Shown here: positions 1 to 9,247 of the stretch, piece by piece
Position numbering within the stretch: the stretch's first letter is position 1
Layout: every line of letters begins with the position of its first letter
Source of the DNA: a virus
Taxonomy: Duplodnaviria > Heunggongvirae > Uroviricota > Caudoviricetes
Virus record (IMG/VR): IMGVR_UViG_2851955134_000002
Strand: one strand, 5' to 3'
Length of the DNA stretch: 38,621 nucleotides
Program-made: the position numbers and the translations under genes
Notes under the pieces: generated by a model
Told to the model about the DNA's origin: nothing
Seen by the model: the letters and a program-made list of their open reading frames with translations, nothing else
Database searches by the model: none

Positions 1-1005
1 TTAATCCCCCGTGGACACTGCGTGGACACTCACGCCACCTTTCAGCGGATTAAGGGCCACCGCATCCTGCAGGTAATCCGGTGCAAAATGTGCATATGCC
101 ATTGTTTGCTGAATGGTTGCGTGGCCAAGAATCTTCTGAAGCGCAATAATGTTTCCTCCGTTCATCACAAAATGGCTGGCGAACGTATGCCGCAGCACAT
201 GTGCAGCCTGGCCTTTTGGCAAATCGGGCTTAACTCTTTTCAGCGCCAAGCAGAATTCCCGGTACTTCACCTCAAACAAGCCGCCTGTTTCTCTGGTTTT
301 GATCGCCTCACAAACTGCCTGCGAAATTGGCACTGTTCTCTTTCGGCCATTTTTGGTTTCAAGAAACGTTACACGGTTATGAACTATCTGTTCACCACGA
401 AGCTTACAAGCTTCACTCCAGCGCGCCCCCGTGCTTAAACACAAAAGCGCAACACGCCAGTAATCGCCCTCCAGTGTATCGAGCAATAGCGCCACTTCCT
501 TCTGGGACAGGAAAGCCATTTCTCGTGGAGATACATAAAGAATAGAAATTCCCCTTACCGGATGTTCTGCATCCCAGAGGCCTATTTTCTTCAGTACGGT
601 AAACATTCCGGATAACCGATTCATGTATCTGTTAGCAGATGACGGTTTCAATCCATCAGCTATCTTTTGAGAACGCCACGCGATAATTTTTAGCTTATCA
701 AGATCCACAGCCTGCATATCAGCGCCAAGCTCATTGATTATGTTGCGCAGTTGTTTTCGGTCTTCTTCCGCCTTACGCCTGTGCTGGCCATGATACATCC
801 ACCACAACTCAAGCAAATCATTTAGCGTTCGACGATCACGGTAGCCCTGTATATATTCCCGCTTTTCAGCGTTCGCCATGATGTAGCGTTCAGTGGCCAC
901 CGCTACCGATTTTTTGTCAAATACCTTACGCACGCGCTTTCCCTTGCGTCCGTTCGGCCTGATGTCCAGCAAATAACGACCATCTTCGAGCTTCTTAATC
1001 GACAT
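1..1005 (-). CDS. int: Tyrosine integrase, P2 Int-like
   Basis: Translation from MSIKKLEDGRYLLDIRPNGRKGKRVRKVFDKK follows my recollection of P2 Int along its length, including the C-terminal LRHTFASHF...GHATIQQTMAYAHF catalytic region; start moved from the track's 1020 to the ATG at 1005, which has a GGAGGG RBS. Confidence 0.9.
   Translation of the reverse strand: MSIKKLEDGRYLLDIRPNGRKGKRVRKVFDKKSVAVATERYIMANAEKREYIQGYRDRRTLNDLLELWWMYHGQHRRKAEEDRKQLRNIINELGADMQAVDLDKLKIIAWRSQKIADGLKPSSANRYMNRLSGMFTVLKKIGLWDAEHPVRGISILYVSPREMAFLSQKEVALLLDTLEGDYWRVALLCLSTGARWSEACKLRGEQIVHNRVTFLETKNGRKRTVPISQAVCEAIKTRETGGLFEVKYREFCLALKRVKPDLPKGQAAHVLRHTFASHFVMNGGNIIALQKILGHATIQQTMAYAHFAPDYLQDAVALNPLKGGVSVHAVSTGD
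11..29. repeat. attL core: left copy of a 19-bp direct repeat (gtggacactgcgtggacac)
   Basis: Identical to 37441-37459 except one mismatch (a/t at the 5th base); it lies at the 3' end of the integrase gene and its partner lies just past ogr/hok, as expected for prophage ends. Confidence 0.7.
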
Positions 1006-1101
1006 TGCGAAGCCCTCCAATGAACCGCTCTACAATTTCTCCAGCCTCTTTCCAGCAATAATCAGACCAGACAAAAAGCAGGTCTAACCAGTTTTCTGGC
1101 C

Positions 1102-1689
1102 TCAGCGGGATAATTTTTGGATTGTTTTGGTTGAAACCTGATCGCCCTCCGAATCGCAGGAGCCATCAAGAGAGAGAGCCGGAGAAATCTGCCCAACCTC
1201 CGGCATCGTTTCATCTGTTGATAACCAGTAAGCGTATTTCTTAAATTTAGGATGTTTCGTAACCTTAAGTAAGGCCCCCTCTGTTACTTGCTTCCCTCTC
1301 GCCTCATAGTTAGTTACCGTTCCATAAGGTAGCCCAACACAATCCGCAAACTCCTGGCGGGTCATCCCTTCAGCTTCACGCATCAAGCGAAATTTTGCCC
1401 CAAGCCCAGATGCCACTTCAGACTCATCATCTACTAACGGAGTAGGCGAAACTTGCCCATTTTCAGCAGCCGAATGCCCAGTCATAAGCCAAAGCGCGTA
1501 TTTCTTGAACCTTTCAACCTGTAAAACTCGCTCAACCAACTCTGCTCTGGCAGGTTGATGCCCGGTTTCATATTTCTGAATAGTATTGAGCGGAATTCCT
1601 GTAATATCAGAGAATTGACGCCTACTTAACTCCTCCGCCTCTCTCATCATCATGAGTCTTTGCGAATAGTCTATTGACACGTTTCTCAT
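1102..1689 (-). CDS. Immunity repressor with two tandem HTH (XRE-like) modules
   Basis: Divergent from cox; two about 85-aa repeats each carry an HTH (RRQFSDITGIPLNTIQKYETG and RQEFADCVGLPYGTVTNYEARG) followed by KFKKYA(L/Y)WL. The track ORF starts on TTG at 1737; the first ATG is at 1689, so the start is uncertain. Confidence 0.7.
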   Translation of the reverse strand: MRNVSIDYSQRLMMMREAEELSRRQFSDITGIPLNTIQKYETGHQPARAELVERVLQVERFKKYALWLMTGHSAAENGQVSPTPLVDDESEVASGLGAKFRLMREAEGMTRQEFADCVGLPYGTVTNYEARGKQVTEGALLKVTKHPKFKKYAYWLSTDETMPEVGQISPALSLDGSCDSEGDQVSTKTIQKLSR

Positions 1690-1801
1690 ATGAGAAATAT
1701 ACTCCTTTCTAAATTGAGAAATGTTAAAACACCTCAATTGGCCTAAGTAAGCCTATATAAGCCATTTTGAGCCATTCGAACGAATTAGGGAGATTACCAC
1801 A

Positions 1802-2089
1802 ATGAGCGAATCAGAGCTTGGGGGGTTCATTCAGGTAGCACCATATCCACTTGAAGCGGTGCCATATCAACTATTCGCCAAGATGATCGGCCGCAAGGAA
1901 TCCACAGTCAGAACCATGATTGACGCAGCAAAGCTACCGACAATTGACTTTGTGAAACCAGGTTCAGTAAAGACGCGTGCATCAGAAAACTGGGTATATC
2001 TGCCAGCATTTAACGAAGGCATGCGCAAAGCGTTTTTTGAGCAACCGAAAGAACGCCGCGATGCATGGTTGTTGTGGCTGGGGCTTTAG
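1802..2089 (+). CDS. cox: Cox-like excisionase / transcriptional regulator
   Basis: 95 aa; AVPYQLFAKMIG...WVYLPAFNEG...RRDAWLLWLGL resembles P2 Cox as I recall it; first gene of the rightward early operon, divergent from the repressor. Confidence 0.8.
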   Translation: MSESELGGFIQVAPYPLEAVPYQLFAKMIGRKESTVRTMIDAAKLPTIDFVKPGSVKTRASENWVYLPAFNEGMRKAFFEQPKERRDAWLLWLGL

Positions 2090-2095
2090 TCATAA

Positions 2096-2302
2096 ATGAC
2101 CAGCCATATCATCAGCGCCATTCTGACCCTTGTTTTTATTGAGATAGGCGTAATAGCGATCTATTTGTTTCGTAAGTTAACGGGACATGAAGAACGCTTT
2201 ATTGAACTCAGCATTGAATATATCGCAGCTTATACCAAAGGGCTTTTCCCGGCAGCTATTGGGGCGATGTTTATAGCGTTTGTTATCTGGTTTATCGGGT
2301 GA
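2096..2302 (+). CDS. Small membrane protein (two predicted TM helices), function unknown
   Basis: ATG-initiated 68-aa ORF, strongly hydrophobic, immediately after cox. Confidence 0.5.
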   Translation: MTSHIISAILTLVFIEIGVIAIYLFRKLTGHEERFIELSIEYIAAYTKGLFPAAIGAMFIAFVIWFIG

Positions 2303-2445
2303 GAAACCTGACAACCCACAACTACTGCAATGAGGGTAATTATGTGTGGCATGGACAAATTGGACCTTATGTTAATTGTAATACTATCAATTAACTTCGG
2401 TTACCTCTTAAGCGGCGCAATTCTCATGTGCGGAGGCAAACGAAA

Positions 2446-2553
2446 ATGAACCAGCAGTCCGCAAAACGTGAAAACAATGCGATGCGATTTAATCGCAAAT
2501 ATTTTGAGTTCGGCATCTATGCCGGAATAATTAAATCTGTACAGAGTCTTTAA
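2446..2553 (+). CDS. Possible small early ORF (35 aa)
   Basis: ATG with GGAGG RBS 8 nt upstream; below the track's size cutoff and found by manual translation; ends 1 nt before the next gene. Confidence 0.3.
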   Translation: MNQQSAKRENNAMRFNRKYFEFGIYAGIIKSVQSL

Positions 2554-2554
2554 C

Positions 2555-2896
2555 ATGAAACAGCAACGTAATTCACGCTTTCGCAATGGTGCAGAACGCC
2601 ACGCTAACCGTTTTGCTACCAGTGCATCACGCAGCAACATCCGCTACAGCCTGAGTGATACACGCGCAACGCCGGATGGCTACCCAGTAAAACAAATCGC
2701 CGAGCATGCCTGGCTGATTGAGAAAGCTGGAATCGTGGTCCACAAATGCCCACGCAATCCGTTTACCGGAAACCACATTTTTGCTCTAAGCAGCGGCGAC
2801 AATCAGTTCGGGCAGGATTTCACATTATACGAAGCACTGCGCACCGTTGACCGCTTAATTGCAGGCCGTAGTTTTCAGCATCCACGAGGGAATTAA
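2555..2896 (+). CDS. Hypothetical early-operon protein
   Basis: 113-aa ATG ORF co-directional with the early operon. Confidence 0.5.
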   Translation: MKQQRNSRFRNGAERHANRFATSASRSNIRYSLSDTRATPDGYPVKQIAEHAWLIEKAGIVVHKCPRNPFTGNHIFALSSGDNQFGQDFTLYEALRTVDRLIAGRSFQHPRGN

Positions 2897-2899
2897 CCA

Positions 2900-3154
2900 A
2901 TGGCAACAACAGTAAAAGACATGACAGAGATAGCCGCGGCTTACACTCTTATCATACACCGGCTCATAGCTAATAATGCCTGTGATGCACTAAATACGAG
3001 AAAACCTTTACCGAAAGCAAAAAGCGATATTATCAGCGGATTAAAGGCGCTACTGGAATGTGCAGGCTATGCAGATGATTACGCGGCATGCATGGTTATT
3101 AACGATACAATTGAGCGCATTGAATCAGGTAAACCATTAAGAGATTTTGTTTAA
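2900..3154 (+). CDS. Hypothetical early-operon protein
   Basis: 84-aa ATG ORF with GAGGG upstream. Confidence 0.5.
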   Translation: MATTVKDMTEIAAAYTLIIHRLIANNACDALNTRKPLPKAKSDIISGLKALLECAGYADDYAACMVINDTIERIESGKPLRDFV

Positions 3155-3174
3155 TTGTTTTCCGGGAAAATGCA

Positions 3175-3417
3175 ATGGACAAAGAATATAAAACTCTCAT
3201 TAACAAAGCTCTTGAGCGTTTCTATTTTCGCTTAAGTGCATCAGGCGCTCATGCTGAACGTGCAGCCCGTGACTCATTGACCAGGGCAATCCGGAGTCTG
3301 TATGACGTGGCTTTTTACGCTGATGATCTGGATGCACTTAACGAACTTTCCGAGCTAATCTGTGCCGCAGAATGCGGGGAACATATTGAACCGTATAAGC
3401 TGGGGAATATCGCATGA
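3175..3417 (+). CDS. Hypothetical early-operon protein
   Basis: 80-aa ATG ORF. Confidence 0.45.
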   Translation: MDKEYKTLINKALERFYFRLSASGAHAERAARDSLTRAIRSLYDVAFYADDLDALNELSELICAAECGEHIEPYKLGNIA

Positions 3418-3527
3418 GTATATTTATCTCATGGCTTGTTCTGATTATTTCTGTGGCCTGCGCCATCGGGATTATGCGAATTATTCATTCAGTAAAAAAG
3501 ATTGAACGCTTTTTCACTGGCGAATAA
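3414..3527 (+). CDS. Possible small hydrophobic peptide (37 aa), translationally coupled
   Basis: Its ATG overlaps the upstream stop (ATGA); sequence MSIFISWLVLIISVACAIGIMRII... is a single predicted TM helix; not in the ORF track because it is under 60 aa. Confidence 0.3.
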   Translation: MSIFISWLVLIISVACAIGIMRIIHSVKKIERFFTGE

Positions 3528-3613
3528 CAGAGCAAATAAAACCACAGGTTAAATAAGAAAATGTAAAAACAATCCGCATTCGCGGAGGTATTCGCATACG
3601 CCAAGGAGGCGTA

Positions 3614-3817
3614 ATGGCAATTAAGCATTTTCCTGTCGTTCGTTTTACCTCCAGAGGACGTGAATACGAAGTCGACGAACGCCTGATTACCACAATCGAC
3701 AAACACCGTTCAGAAAAGGATGCACATCACATCTATCTCACTGACGGCACTTACTTCTGCGCCACGAATGTGGTGCAGGTGAACCTTATCCGACAGGTAC
3801 AGGAGTCACGCAGATGA
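3614..3817 (+). CDS. Hypothetical protein
   Basis: 67-aa ORF with a strong AAGGAGG RBS 3 nt before the ATG. Confidence 0.55.
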   Translation: MAIKHFPVVRFTSRGREYEVDERLITTIDKHRSEKDAHHIYLTDGTYFCATNVVQVNLIRQVQESRR

Positions 3818-4059
3818 CCATTCTGGATTATATCGCTGCCAATCCGGGGTGTAGCGGTGGAGAAATCGCCGCAGCACTGAATACCCCAACCACAGCCATT
3901 AATGCGGAGTTACGCCGACTCTGGCGCAGCGGTTCAGTCATAAGAAAAGAGCGCAAAACAGGCGGTCGCTTTTCTTACCAGATAAACCCGATGCCGTTCG
4001 GGTGCGGCAATCCACTTACCAACATGTTTAACCAGCTACTGAAGGAAGCCAGAGCATGA
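3814..4059 (+). CDS. Putative winged-helix DNA-binding protein
   Basis: 81 aa; MTILDYIAANPGCSGGEIAAALN...INAELRRLWRSGSV looks like a MarR/winged-helix fold; ATGA overlap with the upstream gene and an AGGAG RBS. Confidence 0.5.
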   Translation: MTILDYIAANPGCSGGEIAAALNTPTTAINAELRRLWRSGSVIRKERKTGGRFSYQINPMPFGCGNPLTNMFNQLLKEARA

Positions 4060-4355
4060 GCACCATCAACCACCAGAAGCTACGCGAACTGGCATTTGCC
4101 CTGCAACGAATGGCAACGCCTCAAAAATTACTGGAATTTCGCGCAATGCTCTCGCCGTCTGCTGTGCTGGCACTGCTGGATCAGCTGGAGCACGCCAGAA
4201 CCACGGCTCCTGCCATTCGCCTCACGCTCCATCATGAAATCGCTGATTTCTGCGCAACGCTGGGGGCACCTGGCGAACCGGAAACGCCGGAAGCAATGCA
4301 GCAAGAGCTGCTGCAACGCATCGATAACGTTTTTGATTTTTTTCTGAACCAGTAA
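4056..4355 (+). CDS. Hypothetical protein
   Basis: 99-aa ATG ORF with a GAAGGAAG RBS, start overlapping the upstream stop. Confidence 0.5.
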   Translation: MSTINHQKLRELAFALQRMATPQKLLEFRAMLSPSAVLALLDQLEHARTTAPAIRLTLHHEIADFCATLGAPGEPETPEAMQQELLQRIDNVFDFFLNQ

Positions 4356-4677
4356 GAAACCAGAACATGCACACACAAAAAAACCGCTTGCCATGCCGCA
4401 ATCAGTCAGGTTACATTTCCGCTGCACCTCACAAAACGGGTGCCGGGTTTCGCAGCCTGCTGACTACACAAGCGCACAACCGCGCCAGCGGTTTTTTTGT
4501 GCGTACTGTATTGCCACGTTTTTTTCGCGTCAGAATTATGGCGGGGCGTACGGGGCCGACTTCGGTCGGGCCGGGTTCTTGTGTAGCCGGTACTGCGAAC
4601 CTCGTACGTCTCGCCACCCACAGTTTCGCAGCTCTGGATGGTGAGTTTTCACAACTTACTACACAAGGGGCCACACC

Positions 4678-4908
4678 ATGGCAAACCGCAAACCACACCG
4701 CGCTATCGCGGAGCGTCGTCACATCCAGACTGAAATCAACCGCCGACTTTTCCGCGCATTCCGCGTTGCGCAAATCATGCACATCAACATGCTGCATGAG
4801 CGCAGTCATGCGCTATCAAACACTTATTCCGCCTCTGTTTTCAGCTATCTGGCGGATGATCTACGCGAGCTTCAGCAGCTCATCCAGCAGCAAAACCAAC
4901 TCCGTTAA
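4678..4908 (+). CDS. Hypothetical protein
   Basis: 76-aa ATG ORF with an AAGGGG RBS, after a 320-bp structured non-coding gap. Confidence 0.45.
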   Translation: MANRKPHRAIAERRHIQTEINRRLFRAFRVAQIMHINMLHERSHALSNTYSASVFSYLADDLRELQQLIQQQNQLR

Positions 4909-4980
4909 TTCCTGTTCCGAGCCTTTCCCGCACCCTGCGGCGGGAGGCCTTCGCACATCTGTAGTAAAGAGAATTGCAGC

Positions 4981-5370
4981 ATGATTGACCGTCACGACTT
5001 CGTAAAATGGGTGCGCACACAGGACACCCGTCTGGCCCCAAAACTTCAGGCAATGTTTGATTTTTATCTCCGTGCCCGTGCCAGCCGGGCACGCACCACA
5101 AAACCGGAGAACGCAGACACCCTTTATTTCACCGTGGACGACTGTTACCGCGTGGCCTTTACACCACAAGGTCTGGGCCTGTACACCCTGACACCACACG
5201 GCGACTCCCTGTTGGCGTATTACGACTCCCCGGCCTCCGTATTTGCGGCAATGCTGGCGCATCGTACCGCTGGCGGGTGTGCATCGCTGAGTGAATACAC
5301 CGCTGAATTTAACCGCCTTTCCGTCATCTTTTCGCAGGAGTGGCAGAGCGTGACGGGATACCAGCCATGA
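4981..5370 (+). CDS. Hypothetical protein immediately upstream of gene A
   Basis: 129-aa ATG ORF; no recognisable motif. Confidence 0.45.
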   Translation: MIDRHDFVKWVRTQDTRLAPKLQAMFDFYLRARASRARTTKPENADTLYFTVDDCYRVAFTPQGLGLYTLTPHGDSLLAYYDSPASVFAAMLAHRTAGGCASLSEYTAEFNRLSVIFSQEWQSVTGYQP

Positions 5371-8207
5371 GTGAGTTTGCATGGAGCTGGAATGAACCGC
5401 AGCCAGCTATTGATCCGGACGACTTCGCGAACTTCAGCCGGTTGCCAAAAACCGGACTGCAACGCGCCATTCGTTACTACCTTGAGGCAGACAAAAAGGC
5501 CCAGGAAGAACAGGAAGCGAAGGGAGAAGCCTTTTTCGCACAATCCGCCATGGGTAAAAAACTCATGGCATCCCTTGAGGAAGCCGGGCAACACAAAAAA
5601 CTGATAAAAAACATCATCAGTAAGCGCCAGGAAATAAAGCAAGACCCGGTGGCCCGTGCATTTGTCACACTAAAGGCGCTTCCCGTTTATCTGCGAGAAC
5701 CCCTGAGCCGCCACCTCTCGTTCCTGCGCAAGAAGCAGGAAGCCGATCGTCAGAAAGGCAAAAAGAGCTGGCAGGCCGAACGCTACGCGCGCGGAAACCT
5801 GCGCAAAATATTCGAACGTCTGAAGCGCACCGACAGCCGCTGGCTGACACAGGGGTATCGCTCCCTTGCCGGACGCGAACGCCTGGACGATTTGCTTTAC
5901 CTGCCGCAGCTCAACAAACACCAGATACAGACGCTGGCCACCATGACGGCGGCGATGTTCAGCAGCACCTTCGAAAAACTCTGCGATGGCTTTGGCGCGA
6001 CCGATGGTGAGCTGACCATGGATGTAACGCTGAAGGCGTATCAGATGCTGGCCCGCATGGCGTTACACCTGCACACCATGCCGCCGCATTATGACGCACT
6101 GACAACAGACAAAGACCGGAAGAACGAACCGGACACGGAGCTGCTGCCAGGCGCAATCCTTCGCCTGACCTGTGCGGAATGGTGGAAACGCAAACTGTGG
6201 CTTTTACGTTGCGAGTGGAGAGAAGAACAACTCCGCGCCGCCTGTCTGGTTTCCAGAAAAACATCGCCCTATCTGAGCCAGGACGCATTAAGCGAGTTTC
6301 GCGCACAGCGCGAGAAAACACGCGATTTCCTGAAAAGTTTCATGCTGGAAAACGAAGATGGGTTCACGATTGATCTCGAGACAGTGTATTACGCGGGAGT
6401 AAGTAACCCGGTTCACCGTAAGGCAGAAATGATGGCCACCATGAAGGGGCTGGAACTTCTGGCCGAAGCCCGTGGCGACAAAGCGGTGTTTCTGACTGTC
6501 ACCTGCCCGTCAAAATACCACGCCACAACAGAGAACGGTCATCCGAATCCCAAATGGAACGGGGCCACCATGCGCGACTCCAGCGATTACCTGGTTAACA
6601 CGTTTTTTGCGGCGGTCCGCAAGAAACTGAACCGCGACGGCCTGCGCTGGTATGGCATCCGCACGGTGGAGCCTCACCATGACGGCACCGTGCACTGGCA
6701 TATGATGGTCTTTGCTCATCCGGAAGAAATCGACACCATTGTGTCCCACACCCGCGATATTGCCATTCAGGAAGATCGTCACGAGCTGGGTGATGATATT
6801 ACCCCACGCTTTAAGGCGGAGTACGTCGACGGCTCAAAAGGCACACCGACCAGCTACATCGCCACCTACATCGGGAAAAACCTGGACAGCCGTGCCGTGG
6901 ATGGCATCGACCCGAAAACGGGCAAGCCACGCGTTGACCACGAAACCGGAAAATCAATGGCCGAGAGCGTGGAACGCGCCATCGGCTGGGCGCGCCTTCA
7001 CCGTGTCCGCCAGTTCCAGTTCTTTGGTATCCCCTCCCGTCAGGTGTGGCGTGAACTCCGCCGCCTTGCCAGCCAGATGGCACGCAACCCGGAAGGCCCG
7101 CAACGGCTGAAGGATGACGCAATGGATGCGGTACTCGCTGCCGCTGATGCCGGATGTTTTGCCACCTACATAGAGAAACAGGGCGGCGTACTTGTTCCAC
7201 GCAAAGACTACCTGATTCGCACCGCCTACGACCTCGCAGAAGAGCTGAACGATTACGGCGAACAGAGCGCACAGATTTATGGGATCTGGTCACCACTCAT
7301 CGGGGAATCCTCCCGTGTGTGCACGCACCCGGATAACTGGAAGCTGGTAAGACGTAAACCGGAAGCGGAAGACAACACCCGCGAAAATGGTTTTGACCTT
7401 CAGGGCGGCCCTGCCGCCCCTTGGACTCGTGGCAATAACTGTCCCCGTGTACAGGAAACAGACAACAACGGGACAGAACAACCGGAAGAACGGCCAGCAC
7501 CGTGGCCGCAGATTCCTGACGGCATTGAAGTGAATGAATGGATGCGCTCACTGAAACGGCACGAACGCCGGGCGCTGATGCGTTCGCTGCGTGACAAACA
7601 GGCAAAAAACAGCAGCGATGAAATGCAGAACTGGACGCAGGGCCGCAAACAGCCGCGGCCTTTGCCTGATAACCACGAGTTACTCGCTAAAGAATGGCGG
7701 GAGTCTGCTGAATCTCTCGGCCTGCATATCGGTGAACAGCAGATGCAGCACCTGTTACGGGGCGGCAGTCTGTACGTTGACGGCAGCATCATTGCACCGC
7801 AGGGATTTGAAATTGTACGCAAACCGGATACCCGACCGGACAGCCGAATCACGCAGCTCTGGCAACGCCTGAGCCGTAATCACGGCGTAAGCAGCACGGA
7901 GATCCGCCATAACCCGGTCGCCAGCTATCTGGAACAGCTGGGGGCATCAGACCCTGAAGCCGCCGCACGCCTGGCATCCACACTTCAGCAGGACCAGAAC
8001 ACCATGAAAACACCCGTTACCGTGCTTTCTGACATGCTGCGCGCCATCCGCGACGCAGAGCACGCACAGAGAATCAGTGAAACCACTGAACGCGCCCGCC
8101 GCAAAGCAGACCTGCTGCGGGGTGGCCTGACCAGTGGAAACAAAAAACAGACAGAAACGGGATTCACAAATCCCGTAAATGAGCAAAAAACGCGCCGCGA
8201 TATATGA
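5367..8207 (+). CDS. A: Replication initiation endonuclease (P2 gpA family, rolling-circle HUH type)
   Basis: Large ORF with an HUH-like motif (EPHHDGTVHWHMMVF) and paired tyrosines (SYIATYIGKN) as in P2 A; the track starts on GTG at 5340, and 5349 (GTG) or 5367 (ATG) are both possible starts. Confidence 0.85.
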   Translation: MSEFAWSWNEPQPAIDPDDFANFSRLPKTGLQRAIRYYLEADKKAQEEQEAKGEAFFAQSAMGKKLMASLEEAGQHKKLIKNIISKRQEIKQDPVARAFVTLKALPVYLREPLSRHLSFLRKKQEADRQKGKKSWQAERYARGNLRKIFERLKRTDSRWLTQGYRSLAGRERLDDLLYLPQLNKHQIQTLATMTAAMFSSTFEKLCDGFGATDGELTMDVTLKAYQMLARMALHLHTMPPHYDALTTDKDRKNEPDTELLPGAILRLTCAEWWKRKLWLLRCEWREEQLRAACLVSRKTSPYLSQDALSEFRAQREKTRDFLKSFMLENEDGFTIDLETVYYAGVSNPVHRKAEMMATMKGLELLAEARGDKAVFLTVTCPSKYHATTENGHPNPKWNGATMRDSSDYLVNTFFAAVRKKLNRDGLRWYGIRTVEPHHDGTVHWHMMVFAHPEEIDTIVSHTRDIAIQEDRHELGDDITPRFKAEYVDGSKGTPTSYIATYIGKNLDSRAVDGIDPKTGKPRVDHETGKSMAESVERAIGWARLHRVRQFQFFGIPSRQVWRELRRLASQMARNPEGPQRLKDDAMDAVLAAADAGCFATYIEKQGGVLVPRKDYLIRTAYDLAEELNDYGEQSAQIYGIWSPLIGESSRVCTHPDNWKLVRRKPEAEDNTRENGFDLQGGPAAPWTRGNNCPRVQETDNNGTEQPEERPAPWPQIPDGIEVNEWMRSLKRHERRALMRSLRDKQAKNSSDEMQNWTQGRKQPRPLPDNHELLAKEWRESAESLGLHIGEQQMQHLLRGGSLYVDGSIIAPQGFEIVRKPDTRPDSRITQLWQRLSRNHGVSSTEIRHNPVASYLEQLGASDPEAAARLASTLQQDQNTMKTPVTVLSDMLRAIRDAEHAQRISETTERARRKADLLRGGLTSGNKKQTETGFTNPVNEQKTRRDI

Positions 8208-8248
8208 AGCGCGCACAAAACAGGCAAAAGCGGGATTTCAGAATCCCG
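8158..8248. repeat. Two copies of a 18-bp perfect hairpin (cgggatt-N4-aatcccg) at 8158-8175 and 8231-8248
   Basis: Each has a 7-bp stem and 4-nt loop and is followed by gtaaa; they bracket the gene A stop and sit upstream of the parM-like gene. No U-tract, so not classical terminators. Confidence 0.5.
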
Positions 8249-8283
8249 TAAACGATTAATTAATCAACATAAGGAAAAGCGAC

Positions 8284-9243
8284 ATGAAAATTTGTATCGA
8301 CGACGGCTCCACCAACATCAAGCTGGCATGGACTGAGAACGGCGAACGCCGCAACGCCATCAGCCCGAACAGCTTCAAGTCGGAATGGTCTGCGCCGTTC
8401 GGTGGCACGCAGCCCGCGAACTACATGCTTGATGGCGTGCGCTATGGTTTTGATCCGGTCAGCGATCGCTTTGTCCAGACGACCGACACGCAATACCAAT
8501 ACAGCGATGTGAATGTCATTGCCATTCATCACGCGCTGGTCAAATCAGGCATCACGCCACAGGAGGTGGATGTGGTTGTCACCCTGCCACTGAGCGAGTA
8601 TTTCGACACAAACGCACAGCCGGACATGGCCAACATCAACCGCAAAAAAGCGAACGTTATGCGCCCGGTGGAGTACCAGAACGGCGAAGCATTCACTATC
8701 CGTAACGTGCGGGTTATGCCTGAATCCATTCCGGCTGGCTTTAAGGCACTGGCTGACATGAGTCCATTTGAATCTCTGCTGATTGTGGATTTAGGCGGAA
8801 CCACGCTGGATGTGGCAAAGGTTCAGGGGCAACTGGCAGGCATCAGCCAGGTATTTTGCGATCCACACGTAGGCGTTTCACTGATGACCGATGCCGTACT
8901 GTCGGTGATGGCCACTAACGGTATGCGTACCAGTCACCACATCGCCAATACCATTATCGAACATCGCCATGATGAAGCCTGGCTGCGCCAGCACATCCAC
9001 AATGTCGCGCATTACGACAGCCTGATGGCGGTTATTCGTGAAAAGGAAGAAACTCTGAAACAACGCGTGATCCGCGCGCTGGCGGGGTTTTCGGGGTACG
9101 GTCGGGTGATGGTTGTCGGTGGAGGGGCGGAGATTGTGGCTCCGGCGGTACATGACGCTTACGGCCTCAACGCAAACATTCACACAACACCGGAGCCACA
9201 GTTTGCCCTGGTTAATGGACTCCATGACATGGACAGGGAGTGA
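8284..9243 (+). CDS. parM: ParM/StbA-like actin-family partition ATPase
   Basis: N-terminus MKICIDDGSTNIKLAW...ISPNSFK...YQYSDVNVIAIHHAL...VMPESIPAGF...IVDLGGTTLD...MVVGGGAE closely tracks plasmid R1 ParM as I recall it, at similar length (319 aa). Confidence 0.85.
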   Translation: MKICIDDGSTNIKLAWTENGERRNAISPNSFKSEWSAPFGGTQPANYMLDGVRYGFDPVSDRFVQTTDTQYQYSDVNVIAIHHALVKSGITPQEVDVVVTLPLSEYFDTNAQPDMANINRKKANVMRPVEYQNGEAFTIRNVRVMPESIPAGFKALADMSPFESLLIVDLGGTTLDVAKVQGQLAGISQVFCDPHVGVSLMTDAVLSVMATNGMRTSHHIANTIIEHRHDEAWLRQHIHNVAHYDSLMAVIREKEETLKQRVIRALAGFSGYGRVMVVGGGAEIVAPAVHDAYGLNANIHTTPEPQFALVNGLHDMDRE

Positions 9244-9247
9244 ACCA

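Noticed and set aside
1-60. Possible tRNA or tmRNA integration target at the att sites
   Set aside because: No tRNA-like acceptor or T-arm sequence adjacent to either repeat; the right repeat lies in ordinary intergenic DNA.
4367-4984. 205-aa plus-strand ORF spanning the structured intergenic region
   Set aside because: Starts on a non-ATG codon, crosses hairpin-rich sequence, has a Ser/Arg/Ala-rich low-complexity translation and overlaps the better-supported 4678-4908 ORF in another frame.
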